Shown: positions 18,851 to 29,117 of the stretch, in pieces
How positions within the stretch are numbered: position 1 is the stretch's first letter
Layout: each line of letters begins with the position of its first letter
IMG/VR virus record: IMGVR_UViG_2681812962_000001
Coordinates: 27,407-91,406 of that record
Origin: a virus
Lineage: Duplodnaviria > Caudoviricetes
Length of the DNA: 64,000 bases
Direction: 5' to 3' (one strand)
Notes under the pieces: generated by a model
Told to the model about the DNA's origin: nothing
The model's input: only the letters and a program-made list of their open reading frames with translations
Database searches by the model: none
Program-made: the position numbers and the translations under genes

Positions 18851-21049
18851 ATGGAGAACAATTCATTCGAAATACTAGTTAAACCAGTGAGACAAGTATT
18901 TTACGATACAGCAACGGGCTATGGAGTATATGCATGTGATACTAAGGAAAAAAATAAGGTTGAGCTTAACAATTATGGCAACTTTACTATAAACGGTAAT
19001 TTACCATTCAGGTTAAATCTATACAAAGAATATAAAGCAAATGTTAAAAGGGAGAAGGGTAAATATGGAATTAGCTATAAGGTAAATTCAATTTTCGAGC
19101 CTATACCTGAAACAAGAGAGGGACAGATCGAATACCTTAGATACATACTTACAGATAAACAGGTAGAAGAAATACTTAAAGTTCATCCTTCCGGAAATAT
19201 ACTTAAACTTATCGAAGAAGATAAACTCGATTATAAAAACATCTATGGTATTGGTGTCTTTATTTATGGAAAAATTAAAGACAGAGTAAGAGAGAGTAAG
19301 GAGTACCAAGCGGCTTTTGCATTTCTAGGTAAAGCTTCACTCCCTCAGAACCTAGTTATAAAGTTAATTAAGCATTTCAAGACTTCTGCTCAGCTTATCT
19401 CAGAGATGAAGAAAAATCCATATTGTATCACTCAAGTAAATGGCATAGGGTTTAAAACAGCGGACCCAGTTGCGCAAAGCCTCGGTGTTAAAGCCAACGA
19501 TCCTTATAGAATACAAGCAGCAATTGAATATGTAGTTGATCAAGAATCTAATAAAGGTCATGTTTATTGCACTATCGATAAAGCAATTGATGAAGTACAT
19601 GCACTTATTAATGTAAACCACACATCAATTAGTGAGCAGATTCATAATACACAAGGTCTCTATGTACATAATGATCGGCTCGCACTTAAGTCCCTATACA
19701 AAGCTGAGAAGACCATATCAGATAAAATAAAACAATTATCAAGTTGTGGTAGTGGCGTTTTAGAACTTGATGTAGAGAGATTTTTAGATGAGGAAGCAGA
19801 GCAGAGTGGCATTCAATTAAGTGAGGAACAGCGAAGTTTCTTCATTAATATGTTTAAATATAACTTTCAATTGCTGGTAGGTAACGCGGGAGCAGGAAAA
19901 AGTATGCTGGTTTCAATTCTAATTAAGATTATCGAAACATTGGGTAAAACGTATTCCATGATGTCTCCAACTGCCAAGGCTGCGAAAGTATTAGCACAAT
20001 ATACTGATAGGCCAGTTACAACCATACACAAGGCAATTGGAGTGGGATTAAGTCCAGATATGGAAGAAGCCCAGCAGGTAAACAGTGAGTTTGTAATAGT
20101 GGAAGAGACTTCTATGTTGGATTCGGTATTGTGTGCGAAGCTGCTAAGTAAATGCGTAAATCCTAATGTCAGGATACTATTTATTGGCGATAATGCACAG
20201 ATTCCTTCGGTAGGAGCTGGAAACATATTGCACGATCTTATTAATAGTGACATTCCTAAGACAATTCTTACTCAAGTATTCAGACAGAAAGAAGGGGGCA
20301 TTTTAGATATAGCAACAAGAACCAGGAAACAGGAGAGATTCCTCGATAATTCAGATAAGGGGATAATTGAATTCGGTAACAACTGTACTATAGCATGTGT
20401 TCCCCAAGAAAAAATGGAAGATGGGTTTATTTATTACTATAAGAAACTACTTGAAGAATACGATCCTGAAGAGATAATGGCTTTATCACCTACAAAGAAG
20501 AATGGGTTTGGGACAGTCGAAATCAATAAATACATACAATCCGTAGTAAATCCTGAATCAATTGAGAAGAAAGAAATCACTCATGGTCAGGATGAAGTTA
20601 CTTTTAGAGTACAAGACTACACTATGAATACAACAAATACTTACAATATCGAGGATGTTCAGGGCGATCTAACTACAATTGTTAATGGTGATACCGGTAA
20701 AATTATCGATGTTAATCCAGATAAAAAAGAGATTATCGTAGATTTTGGATCTTCTGAGATACCTTTAGAAGCACATCAACTGAAGCAATTGATGCACTCA
20801 TGGTGTATAACATTACATAAGAGTCAAGGTTCGGGATCCCCTGCAGTAATAATGCTTATAGACAAATCTCATAAATTTAGCCTTAATACCAATTTACTGT
20901 ATACAGGAATTACAAGGGCTAAGGAGAAGCTTATTATTATTACTCAGGCTGAAACTTACAACTATGCGTTAAAGAAAATGACCAATCTTCAAAGAAATAC
21001 TTTTCTTAGAGATATGCTAGAAGAACAGGAGCAAGGATTTAGTTTCTAA
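18851..21049 (+). CDS. recD2: RecD2/TraA-like SF1B helicase
   Basis: HhH motifs (GIGFKTAD), Walker A GNAGAGKS, GDNAQIPSVGAG, ITLHKSQGS, YTGITRAK. Confidence 0.9.
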   Translation: MENNSFEILVKPVRQVFYDTATGYGVYACDTKEKNKVELNNYGNFTINGNLPFRLNLYKEYKANVKREKGKYGISYKVNSIFEPIPETREGQIEYLRYILTDKQVEEILKVHPSGNILKLIEEDKLDYKNIYGIGVFIYGKIKDRVRESKEYQAAFAFLGKASLPQNLVIKLIKHFKTSAQLISEMKKNPYCITQVNGIGFKTADPVAQSLGVKANDPYRIQAAIEYVVDQESNKGHVYCTIDKAIDEVHALINVNHTSISEQIHNTQGLYVHNDRLALKSLYKAEKTISDKIKQLSSCGSGVLELDVERFLDEEAEQSGIQLSEEQRSFFINMFKYNFQLLVGNAGAGKSMLVSILIKIIETLGKTYSMMSPTAKAAKVLAQYTDRPVTTIHKAIGVGLSPDMEEAQQVNSEFVIVEETSMLDSVLCAKLLSKCVNPNVRILFIGDNAQIPSVGAGNILHDLINSDIPKTILTQVFRQKEGGILDIATRTRKQERFLDNSDKGIIEFGNNCTIACVPQEKMEDGFIYYYKKLLEEYDPEEIMALSPTKKNGFGTVEINKYIQSVVNPESIEKKEITHGQDEVTFRVQDYTMNTTNTYNIEDVQGDLTTIVNGDTGKIIDVNPDKKEIIVDFGSSEIPLEAHQLKQLMHSWCITLHKSQGSGSPAVIMLIDKSHKFSLNTNLLYTGITRAKEKLIIITQAETYNYALKKMTNLQRNTFLRDMLEEQEQGFSF

Positions 21050-21173
21050 AATAAAATAAAACTAAGTGATACGGTTATATAGGAGTCTCTGAGACGATAT
21101 TAATTGTTTCGAGTGTCATTACACTCGGAGACACTACAGCGGCTCTAAGACCCCTTAAAAGTAAAATAAAAGG

Positions 21174-22184
21174 ATGGTCGAATTGAATACAGATGGTTTA
21201 AAAGAAGGATTAATAATTAAGAACTATAAGGAGCTTTGCTCTTTGTTAAAGATTGAGTTCAAGACGAGTAGTAAAAACAGAGAATACCAACTGAAGGAGC
21301 TCAGCAGATACTGTATGTTCACTAAACAGGGGCATAAGTATCTGATTAATGATGTTTATAATACCCCCCTGCCTAAACAAGACAACAGGGGACTGAGCAA
21401 AGGCAGTCGTGGAAATCGAAATGTATACGGTGATTATCTGCAGATGCTTATATTGGAGCTACTAATAAGAAGTAATTCAGGGAAGGAGCTGCTGATTAGT
21501 CGTTCCAGACTTATGAAGGCGTTAAAGGTAGTTAACGAAAATTATCATCGATTCATTAATCGGCCAGATAAATTATCAGAAGTGGTGGATATCAAGACAA
21601 GCACCATAAAGGACTTTTATGCCACTACGGATAATAACTTGAAAAATGCTATTGAAACGGCATTAAAGAAGCTGCAAAATAAAAGGTTGCTTATGTATAA
21701 AACGAGTCAAATAGTAGTTACACAGAACAACGAGCTAAGGGAACCAACATATGAAGAAGCACAATTAATTATGAATCTGGAGAAGACAGTACTTAATACG
21801 ATGGGATATGGAGACATAGACAGCGTGAGAAAATCCAGTGGTTGGGAATTATTCAAGGAGAACGTTAAAGAACTATTGGCTAAGAACAGTGAGATATCAT
21901 ATTATTTCAATGCTTACCACATTACATTAAATGAGAACCACGCCAATGAAGAGCATCAACAACTAGCCAACCAGACAATTAATGTAGCGCTTGAAAGTGG
22001 AGCTGAGAACGTTAAGAAAGTAAATAAGAAGGTAATTGAGAGTCTTAATAAGAATGCAGCAAGAAGGCATGCAAAAGGATTTCTAAATGGCAAGAGCGGT
22101 AAAGTTAGATCAGAAGAATCTTATCCGAAGGACGTACAAAGCTTAACCTCTATACTGATTGATCGTAAGGCAGATACAATGTAG
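21174..22184 (+). CDS. Hypothetical basic, probably DNA-binding phage protein
   Basis: About 336 aa ORF, Lys-rich, followed by a palindrome cluster. Confidence 0.65.
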   Translation: MVELNTDGLKEGLIIKNYKELCSLLKIEFKTSSKNREYQLKELSRYCMFTKQGHKYLINDVYNTPLPKQDNRGLSKGSRGNRNVYGDYLQMLILELLIRSNSGKELLISRSRLMKALKVVNENYHRFINRPDKLSEVVDIKTSTIKDFYATTDNNLKNAIETALKKLQNKRLLMYKTSQIVVTQNNELREPTYEEAQLIMNLEKTVLNTMGYGDIDSVRKSSGWELFKENVKELLAKNSEISYYFNAYHITLNENHANEEHQQLANQTINVALESGAENVKKVNKKVIESLNKNAARRHAKGFLNGKSGKVRSEESYPKDVQSLTSILIDRKADTM

Positions 22185-22185
22185 A

Positions 22186-22517
22186 TATGTCTTTTCAAAA
22201 GTTCCCGAGGAGAATGGGTAGTAAATATGTGTTTTCATACATTTAGATAGATAATATAAAAAAATATGCCTTTTCAAAGTACCTAATATATATATACTTA
22301 GGATGTTTGAAAAGGCATATTTTTTGTTTTCTGCCTATGTATTAATATTTAAGACGATTAGTACAAGTGATTTTCTTGTACTAATCAATGTGTTATTTTG
22401 CGTCCTTTGCAAAGTAACACCCATATTTTACGTAACTTAACTCTGTATATTAGGACTATATATAATACAACTTATCCTACCCGCTTCGCTGCTAGTCTAA
22501 ATTGTATTATATATAGT
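22186..22517. repeat. Cluster of inverted repeats in an AT-rich non-coding block (candidate origin)
   Basis: ATATGCCTTTTCAAA/TTTGAAAAGGCATAT at 22264-22320; GATTAGTACAAG/CTTGTACTAATC at 22356-22386; ACTATATATAATACAA/TTGTATTATATATAGT at 22455-22517. Confidence 0.75.
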
Positions 22518-22551
22518 TTTGTCATCCCCGAGTTTCGGGTCTGACACTTGT

Positions 22552-22749
22552 TTATATGGGGTCTATGGTGTCATACTTACCTGATCTAATGTCCGCAAGT
22601 AGAGGCAGAATGAAGGATTTAAAGTAGGGGAGTCTAACGTGTCTTATTTCAGTAAGGTAGTATATGTATTCTCGATCTGTATTTGTATCTCTGAAGGTTA
22701 TAACTCGTTCACCCATGTCTCTTACAACGGAGACTAACTCATAGCGCAT
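22552..22749 (-). CDS. Small hypothetical protein
   Basis: SD GGAGGTGA plus ATG at 22749, MRYELVSVVRDMGERVITF... Confidence 0.6.
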   Translation of the reverse strand: MRYELVSVVRDMGERVITFRDTNTDREYIYYLTEIRHVRLPYFKSFILPLLADIRSGKYDTIDPI

Positions 22750-23194
22750 ATATATCACCTCCTATTTAGATGATACATTTATTAGTTTAAGCAGGTGTTA
22801 GGAAAATGTTAAATAAAATTTAGGGAATTAGGGCGCCATATTGAGGATGAGGAAGAAGCCGTTCAATCGTAAAATTGGAGCTTATGGACAAATGAAGATG
22901 CATACTGAGTGATATGATTAGGCTAGATGGAGGCATATGAAGATTATTGAATCGCAGGATAGTTGGTATAAACGAATATTAAGACATGTGGAGATAAAAA
23001 GAGGGAGAGATAATAGTAAGTGGAGGAGGAGATATATGCATAGATCAGGAGGCTGACGATTGAGTTGACGATTAAAATGGGAACCGGGCAAGGGAAAACG
23101 CAAAAATAGTAGAGGTGTGTAAATGTAAGAGCTACAGGAATATTTGGGATAAGAAGCTGAATTTTGGATGTTTTTGTACCCCCCTTACACTAAA

Positions 23195-23226
23195 AACCTG
23201 CGCATAAGATACGTTATGCGCAGGTT
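23195..23226. other. Symmetric tyrosine-recombinase-type site (dif/lox-like)
   Basis: AACCTGCGCATAA-GATACG-TTATGCGCAGGTT: perfect 13 bp arms and an asymmetric 6 bp spacer. Confidence 0.55.
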
Positions 23227-23538
23227 ATGGTTAATATTGGTAATTGTATGTATTTAGAGAATCCAGTTTTCAGAGCCGAGGAAGTAGCTTTTTTTAAAAA
23301 TAGATTGTTAACAGTCAGCTTGCTCCATAGGGCGTTAATGCTTTTGAAATCGTATTGTAACAGCGGCTGGGATTCCGACTACATCTATACTCACTTTATA
23401 CAATACAACTATATTTATTAATCTATAAATCCATCTATCATATCAAATATTTACTTAATAAATAAACAAGTAAAATAAAATAATTATTGTAATTGTATCG
23501 ATTTTCCTGTATAATATTACTTATAGGAGGTGGTAATA

Positions 23539-23703
23539 ATGTTTGATTTAATCTTGCTCTACGTAGCCAAAGTTACAGCAATCCTGCTAGCTTTCATCAC
23601 AATAGCAGAGAAAGTCCAAAACATGGCATACAAGAAACAAGAAAAGCGTTCCAAACGTAAGCGCTCGGCGACCAACCAAAAACGCAAACGTAAGAAACGC
23701 TAA
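23539..23703 (+). CDS. yonT: YonT-like type I toxin (54 aa, missed by the ORF track)
   Basis: SD AGGAGGT; MFDLILLYVAKVTAILLAFITIAEKVQNMAYKKQEKRSKRKRSATNQKRKRKKR is one hydrophobic helix plus a polybasic tail; promoter TTGTAA-17-TATAAT upstream. Confidence 0.7.
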   Translation: MFDLILLYVAKVTAILLAFITIAEKVQNMAYKKQEKRSKRKRSATNQKRKRKKR

Positions 23704-23790
23704 TCAAATCATTATCTAGGGAAGGGGTTAAAAACCCTTTCCCATATCACTTATCTATAATATAACACCTTATAAGGAGTGTATGCAAGC

Positions 23791-23967
23791 ATGAAGAAAC
23801 TAATACAATATTCCTCTAAATACTCATTTTTTGTATTCGTATTACTTTATCTTACTATACGTGATTATCCTTTTGGAGATACCTTACAGACAATAGCGGA
23901 TATAGCTTTACTTGTTGCAACTATAGTCACCATCATTTCAATTGTAGTTGAAAGACGTACCAAATAA
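23791..23967 (+). CDS. Small two-TM membrane protein (position of yoyJ in SPbeta)
   Basis: SD AAGGAG, MKKLIQYSSKYSFFVFVLLYL...; directly downstream of the YonT-like ORF. Confidence 0.55.
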   Translation: MKKLIQYSSKYSFFVFVLLYLTIRDYPFGDTLQTIADIALLVATIVTIISIVVERRTK

Positions 23968-24464
23968 CATGATAAGTAAAGAAGGGTATGCTTTCCCTTC
24001 TACATACTGAGATAAAATAAAATTATATAACAGACCAATCAACTTAAAGCGGTAACTTATTCATTAAATATCAAAACGTATAACAGCACGTCCGATTAGT
24101 TACGGGGACTTTTTAGCGGATCCTCAATTCAAGAGGAGGACTCAATGGACCCTTAAGCAATGACGAGTTAAAAGATTCAGCTTTCATACGCAAAATAACT
24201 AATTAAAGGTGTAATTGAGTTGTTTGAACGATATGCATTAAAAGAAAGGGTATCACAATCAAAATTCCAAAGGAACGGGAAGAATATTGTTCAACGCTAA
24301 ACTACATGCTACATTGAACCGTTAATTATAATACCCTGATCAATTCCAGTTTGATACAATAGTGGGTGGTAGAGACTATAAAATACTTTGAAGTATACTT
24401 TTAAGTCTTTTGCAAATCATTGAGAAAAATGTCTTCTTAGAATTAAATAACCAGGAGAGTAAAA

Positions 24465-25433
24465 ATGAAATATTTTTATATTGCTAGATTAAACGGACTG
24501 AAGATTGAAGGTAAGTTAAATAGAGGGATTCAAGTAGTAGACAATTTACGTATCTCCAATAACAAAGATAGAATAGAAAAAAAATGTGACGATTTTTTTA
24601 AACACCTGGTTGGTAAGTTAGAATATGATCATTTATTTGAAGGTAGTTATGTCTATGCTGAAGGTGATTACGAATTTGATAAGCATAATGATGAAGCAAA
24701 GAGAATGGATCTATTAAACTATTTCTTGAAGGTAAGTCAAGTTGTAAGTTCTTGTCTTTGGTTAATTAAAGATAATAGTATTTCAACAGAACAAGGTTTC
24801 TTATATATTTACGGAAACGAATTCATAAAAAAATCTGTTAGTTCAAATGGTAGAACAAATAATTTCCTAAACGCTACCGGGAATAGAGTGGAAACATTAT
24901 ATACTTTAGATGAGCTTAAACAAGGCTTAGATATCAATCAAAAACAATTCAACAGTAAAGATATGGCTAGGTTAGATAATGCAGCAGCGGCTGATATGGT
25001 TACAAATAAGGCTACTCGTTTAGAAAGGTTTAATAATTTCCTCGATACTGCAAGAACCGAGATTTATGTACCAAACAAAATTTCGACGTATTGTACTGCC
25101 TTAGAAACACTCCTTTCAACCGATAACCAAGAAATCGGGCATAAAATAGCAGAAAGACTAGCAAGATTATTAGGTAAAGACTCTACTGAGAGAATAGAGA
25201 TCTTTAACTTTATCAAACTAGCCTATGGTATTAGGTCAGCAAATGTTCATGGCGATAAATTGCCGAAGAAGTTTCGAGATCTTAATGCACAGTATGAAGT
25301 GTCAATTAAGCTAGATAATTACATACGTAAATTTTTCACACTTGTTTTAGAAAATGAAGAGCTGATTACCTTATACGAAGGTGATAATAAAGAGGATTTA
25401 AATATGTACTACAGAGAGCTAATTTTTACTTAA
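24465..25433 (+). CDS. HEPN-domain protein (ApeA-like C-terminal HEPN), candidate anti-phage RNase
   Basis: YCTALETLL...IAERLARLLG...AYGIRSANVHG with an RxxxxH motif. Confidence 0.7.
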   Translation: MKYFYIARLNGLKIEGKLNRGIQVVDNLRISNNKDRIEKKCDDFFKHLVGKLEYDHLFEGSYVYAEGDYEFDKHNDEAKRMDLLNYFLKVSQVVSSCLWLIKDNSISTEQGFLYIYGNEFIKKSVSSNGRTNNFLNATGNRVETLYTLDELKQGLDINQKQFNSKDMARLDNAAAADMVTNKATRLERFNNFLDTARTEIYVPNKISTYCTALETLLSTDNQEIGHKIAERLARLLGKDSTERIEIFNFIKLAYGIRSANVHGDKLPKKFRDLNAQYEVSIKLDNYIRKFFTLVLENEELITLYEGDNKEDLNMYYRELIFT

Positions 25434-25544
25434 TAAAATGAATCCCAATCTTTAACAGAATCGGATATCACTCCTTTAGCTAAGGATATTAATACCAAAT
25501 TAAAGAACCTTGAATAAGTTAGACAATATTGTGAAAGAAGTGAT

Positions 25545-26282
25545 TTGATGAAGGTGAATGTGAAGAGCATGTGCCCTGAATGCAACAGAACAAATAGAGA
25601 TAATTCCCAGCTAATTGACGTTAATGTACCTTTAAATGAATCGGGTATATATACAGTGGAGTGTAGTTTTGGACATAAGACACGACATATTATGGGTGTT
25701 CAGCATTTCGAAGTTTTATTTGAGTTAGGTATTATGTCATTATTAGATGGATACTATCGGGAAAGTATACCAAATTTCACTGCCGCGTATGAACGCTTTT
25801 ATGAGTACTGTATCCACCTATTCTTGATAAAAAACAATGTGGGGGTAAAAGAAAGAAAGGCTACTTGGAAAAGAGTGTCAAATAACTCAGAATATCAAGC
25901 TGCTGCATTTTATTATATGTATCTAAATGAATTCAAAGAAGTACCTCCTGAAGTAGATCAGAAAAAAATAAAGGCTTTTCGCAATAAGGTTGTTCATAAA
26001 GGTTACTTTCCTCAAGAAGAGGAAACTCTTGAATATGCTAGGTATTGTTACGAATATATTGTTGGGATTCTTCAGAAAATGTTTTCAAATGAAGAGTTTC
26101 GTGTTTCCTCCTTCCACTTTGATGTAGAGGGTAGGTTTTCTCAAGAGGAAGGTTTGGATACGACAAGTATAGTTCCAATTACAATGATAGGTACACAAAC
26201 TGGAGCACAAGATTTCAGTGATCGTGATTTTGATGAAAGATTGGATTATATTAAAAACCATAAACGTTGGATTATTAAATAA
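25545..26282 (+). CDS. Zn-ribbon plus HEPN-like protein
   Basis: CPEC...CSFGH; GYYRESIPNFTAAYERF; FRNKVVHKG (RxxxxH). Confidence 0.6.
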   Translation: MMKVNVKSMCPECNRTNRDNSQLIDVNVPLNESGIYTVECSFGHKTRHIMGVQHFEVLFELGIMSLLDGYYRESIPNFTAAYERFYEYCIHLFLIKNNVGVKERKATWKRVSNNSEYQAAAFYYMYLNEFKEVPPEVDQKKIKAFRNKVVHKGYFPQEEETLEYARYCYEYIVGILQKMFSNEEFRVSSFHFDVEGRFSQEEGLDTTSIVPITMIGTQTGAQDFSDRDFDERLDYIKNHKRWIIK

Positions 26283-26394
26283 AGCATCCCAAGTAGGGTG
26301 CTTTTTCTATTAGAGTTGTAGATAACTACGACGGAGCCTAGGGCAACACGCATAAAAGGAAAGGATTGAAATTGAAGAAATACATACTGGATGC

Positions 26395-26631
26395 CTATGA
26401 TCTTGATTCGATAAGATGATATGGATCTTTTACCCTTGATCTGACAGTGTGCACTTTTGGATGTGCTCTATATATTTCGGCTATTGCATTAGCATGTGTT
26501 TCTAATTAGCTGAATCTTGTTTTATGATGATTGAAAATATCAACCAAACTTGTCCATACGATACCTATTTCATTAAGCATTTCTTGATTTATATCATAAT
26601 CCTTAAACAGTAATTTCTTTACTAATGTCAT
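26395..26631 (-). pseudogene. Truncated RelA/SpoT-domain (small alarmone synthetase-like) gene remnant
   Basis: SD AAGGGGG plus ATG; in-frame TAA at 26508-26506, then LETHANAIAEIYRAHPKVHTVRSRVKDPYHLIE, the RxKxxxxxxxK-type synthetase motif. Confidence 0.6.
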
Positions 26632-26846
26632 TTGTAATCCCCCTTATCTATTGTATTATCATACCTCTGTGTGTATTAAATGTGCATTTAATATCTCGAA
26701 CTGAAGATCTATTGTATAATGTAGGGTACTACTAACAATTGTGGTTATTAATACCTTATATTTTTAAGTTAAAGATATATTAGGAGTAGTAATCACTTCA
26801 GCTGACAATTAAATTTCAGTTTTATAGAGAGAAAGAGAGAGATACT

Positions 26847-27533
26847 ATGGCATTTGAAGATACCTATAACAATATAAAATCAAAAGTAGCGACTATGGAA
26901 GCAACAGTAAGAGTAGATAAAATTCAACAAGATGGAATATTAATTCATACAGTAGAGGACTTTCTGAAGCTGTGTAGCACTTTAAAATCAGAAATAGTAT
27001 TTTATCAGTACATCAGTTATGATCCAGAATCCTATCTTATACGGACAGACAGAGAATATCACAACGTTAAAGCCTTAAACGATGAAATAATTAATAAAAT
27101 AATTGGATACAATAATTCGCTTCCAGGTTTCAATTCTGATGAACCTATACAACTTATTGTTTACCAAGTTTGCTTTGGTCAGATCTATTTCTATTATGAG
27201 GTCAACGAACGTTATTTGCATCTAGTTGAACCAGACATAGAATTAGAAAATATCATATTAGATGTGACAGAGAACATAAGTGATCAAGAAATTAATGACT
27301 TAAGAAATCAAGAGATTAAGGCTAATAGGAATCAGCTCAGTGAGGTAGTAGAAATCATAACCAATCATAAAGTGTTCCAAGCAGCAACTAATGAGGCTAG
27401 CACAAAAGAATTTGCTATAAGCTTTTTTGATGAGTATCCAGAGTATTATAAAGTTATTAATAAAGCTCAACACATTCACCCTATTAAGTATGTTATAAAT
27501 TTGGGCATTAAATATCGCAAAGCAAATAAATGA
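26847..27533 (+). CDS. Hypothetical protein
   Basis: 228 aa ORF in the accessory block. Confidence 0.65.
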   Translation: MAFEDTYNNIKSKVATMEATVRVDKIQQDGILIHTVEDFLKLCSTLKSEIVFYQYISYDPESYLIRTDREYHNVKALNDEIINKIIGYNNSLPGFNSDEPIQLIVYQVCFGQIYFYYEVNERYLHLVEPDIELENIILDVTENISDQEINDLRNQEIKANRNQLSEVVEIITNHKVFQAATNEASTKEFAISFFDEYPEYYKVINKAQHIHPIKYVINLGIKYRKANK

Positions 27534-27575
27534 ATGGTTATTAGGATAAAATACGGATTTTATTAAACGGTAAGA

Positions 27576-28403
27576 GTGGAGGGTATATTCTTGAATGAAG
27601 ACAAAAAAAACGATAAACAAGGTCACTATTACTTAGCCACATTACTCGTAAGGCTATTCCCGAATCAAATAAGAACTATTAGAGAGAAAACTACACATGT
27701 GGCAAGAGATTTATTAAAGGCTCTGCAAGAAATGCAACAGGATATTGAAATTATAAGTGAGGTAGAATCTGAGTTAAAAAAAACTCTACTTCAATTAGGA
27801 TTCCCACCCAACTTGGATCATCTATATACTAGAAGCTATAGTGAACTACTATGCAAAATAAGGAGCTCACATACTGAAGATCAATTACTGAAAGATCTAA
27901 ACGAATATATGTGTAATTTATTTAATGATGAGGTTATTGACGAAATTTTTATGGAATGGGAAAGTTTTCACTCAATTAATAGGAGACGAAAAATCTTACA
28001 TGAAATTATAGAGTGTCACAAACACGGATTTTATTTTACATCTATTCCGGCTGCCCTTACTCAGATTGAAGGGAGCGTTATGGATGCTTTCAAAATCACT
28101 GGTGAAACGAAAAATGGAGCTCATTATATTATGCTGGAAGAGCTTTTAGAAACTGATTTTGAAAAAGAGGTACATGTTTTTTATACAGATCATATTAAGG
28201 GAAGGTTTATTTTAGGTGCTGATTTAAGAAACGCTATAGGAAGAAATGCGATACTTCACGGCTATGATACTGGTTATGGTACAGAACTAAGTTCGTTAAA
28301 AGTCATTCTATTTTTAGACTATCTATTCAAAAGAATAGAACTTTTAGATGATAGTGATATAAAACCTTTTTTAGAAAGGAATAGAAATAGAATATTTAAA
28401 TAA
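27576..28403 (+). CDS. Protein with a C-terminal HEPN-like domain
   Basis: SIPAALTQIEG...GRNAILHG (RxxxxH). Confidence 0.6.
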   Translation: MEGIFLNEDKKNDKQGHYYLATLLVRLFPNQIRTIREKTTHVARDLLKALQEMQQDIEIISEVESELKKTLLQLGFPPNLDHLYTRSYSELLCKIRSSHTEDQLLKDLNEYMCNLFNDEVIDEIFMEWESFHSINRRRKILHEIIECHKHGFYFTSIPAALTQIEGSVMDAFKITGETKNGAHYIMLEELLETDFEKEVHVFYTDHIKGRFILGADLRNAIGRNAILHGYDTGYGTELSSLKVILFLDYLFKRIELLDDSDIKPFLERNRNRIFK

Positions 28404-28793
28404 GGAGCATACTTGTTTGGAGTTTTAGTTAATCAAAACTTTTTGAACAATGGATAAACAAGAGGCATTCCAGAAGGCATTTTAGCCATATTTCTAATGG
28501 TGCTTTAAAGAGACAAAATAGGGGGTGGGACAATAGATTTAAATAAAACCAGTAAACCAGTCTTTTATTTGTTAAAGTTTTAGATATAAGCAATGAAGAT
28601 GAAAGTTTATTGAAGGTGGACTTGAGGATGACTTAATTCCTTCCCTTGTAACTTTACATAAGAAAAGACCGGTCAAAACTTTCTAGTGTGTAGAAGTGGT
28701 TACGACATATAAGTGAAATAAAATAAATTATTGACCTATAATTAGTATAGTTTTATAATTTAGTTCTAATCAAATTAGTGGGGTAAATTAAAA

Positions 28794-29117
28794 TGAACTT
28801 AATTAAATGGGCAGTGAATGATATAAATAATCTTATCTGACTGAGTTATGGATCGAGCGAGATGCTTATATTGATACTTTAGAATTGCGAGGTATAAGAC
28901 CAGTTTGTCATCTAGTGCGATTACAAGTAAAACAATCAAAGATTACCACGAGGAGTACAACCAATATAAGCAAAACTGTTTAGATATTCGGATTCCATAC
29001 CATTGTTTCGATAGTTGGTTACTAAACCAGAGTTTAGAGAAGAAAGGATTAAACAAAGAGGGAAAAACTAGCTGTATTAGGCTCAATGCCATAACTCAAT
29101 TAAAGAGAAGGCTGTAA
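28794..29117 (+). pseudogene. Degraded phage early gene
   Basis: Promoter TTGACC-17-TATAAT at 28731, SD plus ATG at 28794 with an early stop, downstream fragment 28905-29117. Confidence 0.35.

Noticed and set aside
22918-23421. 61 aa and 64 aa ORFs in the skewed region
   Set aside because: No convincing SD or protein-like composition; region treated as non-coding.
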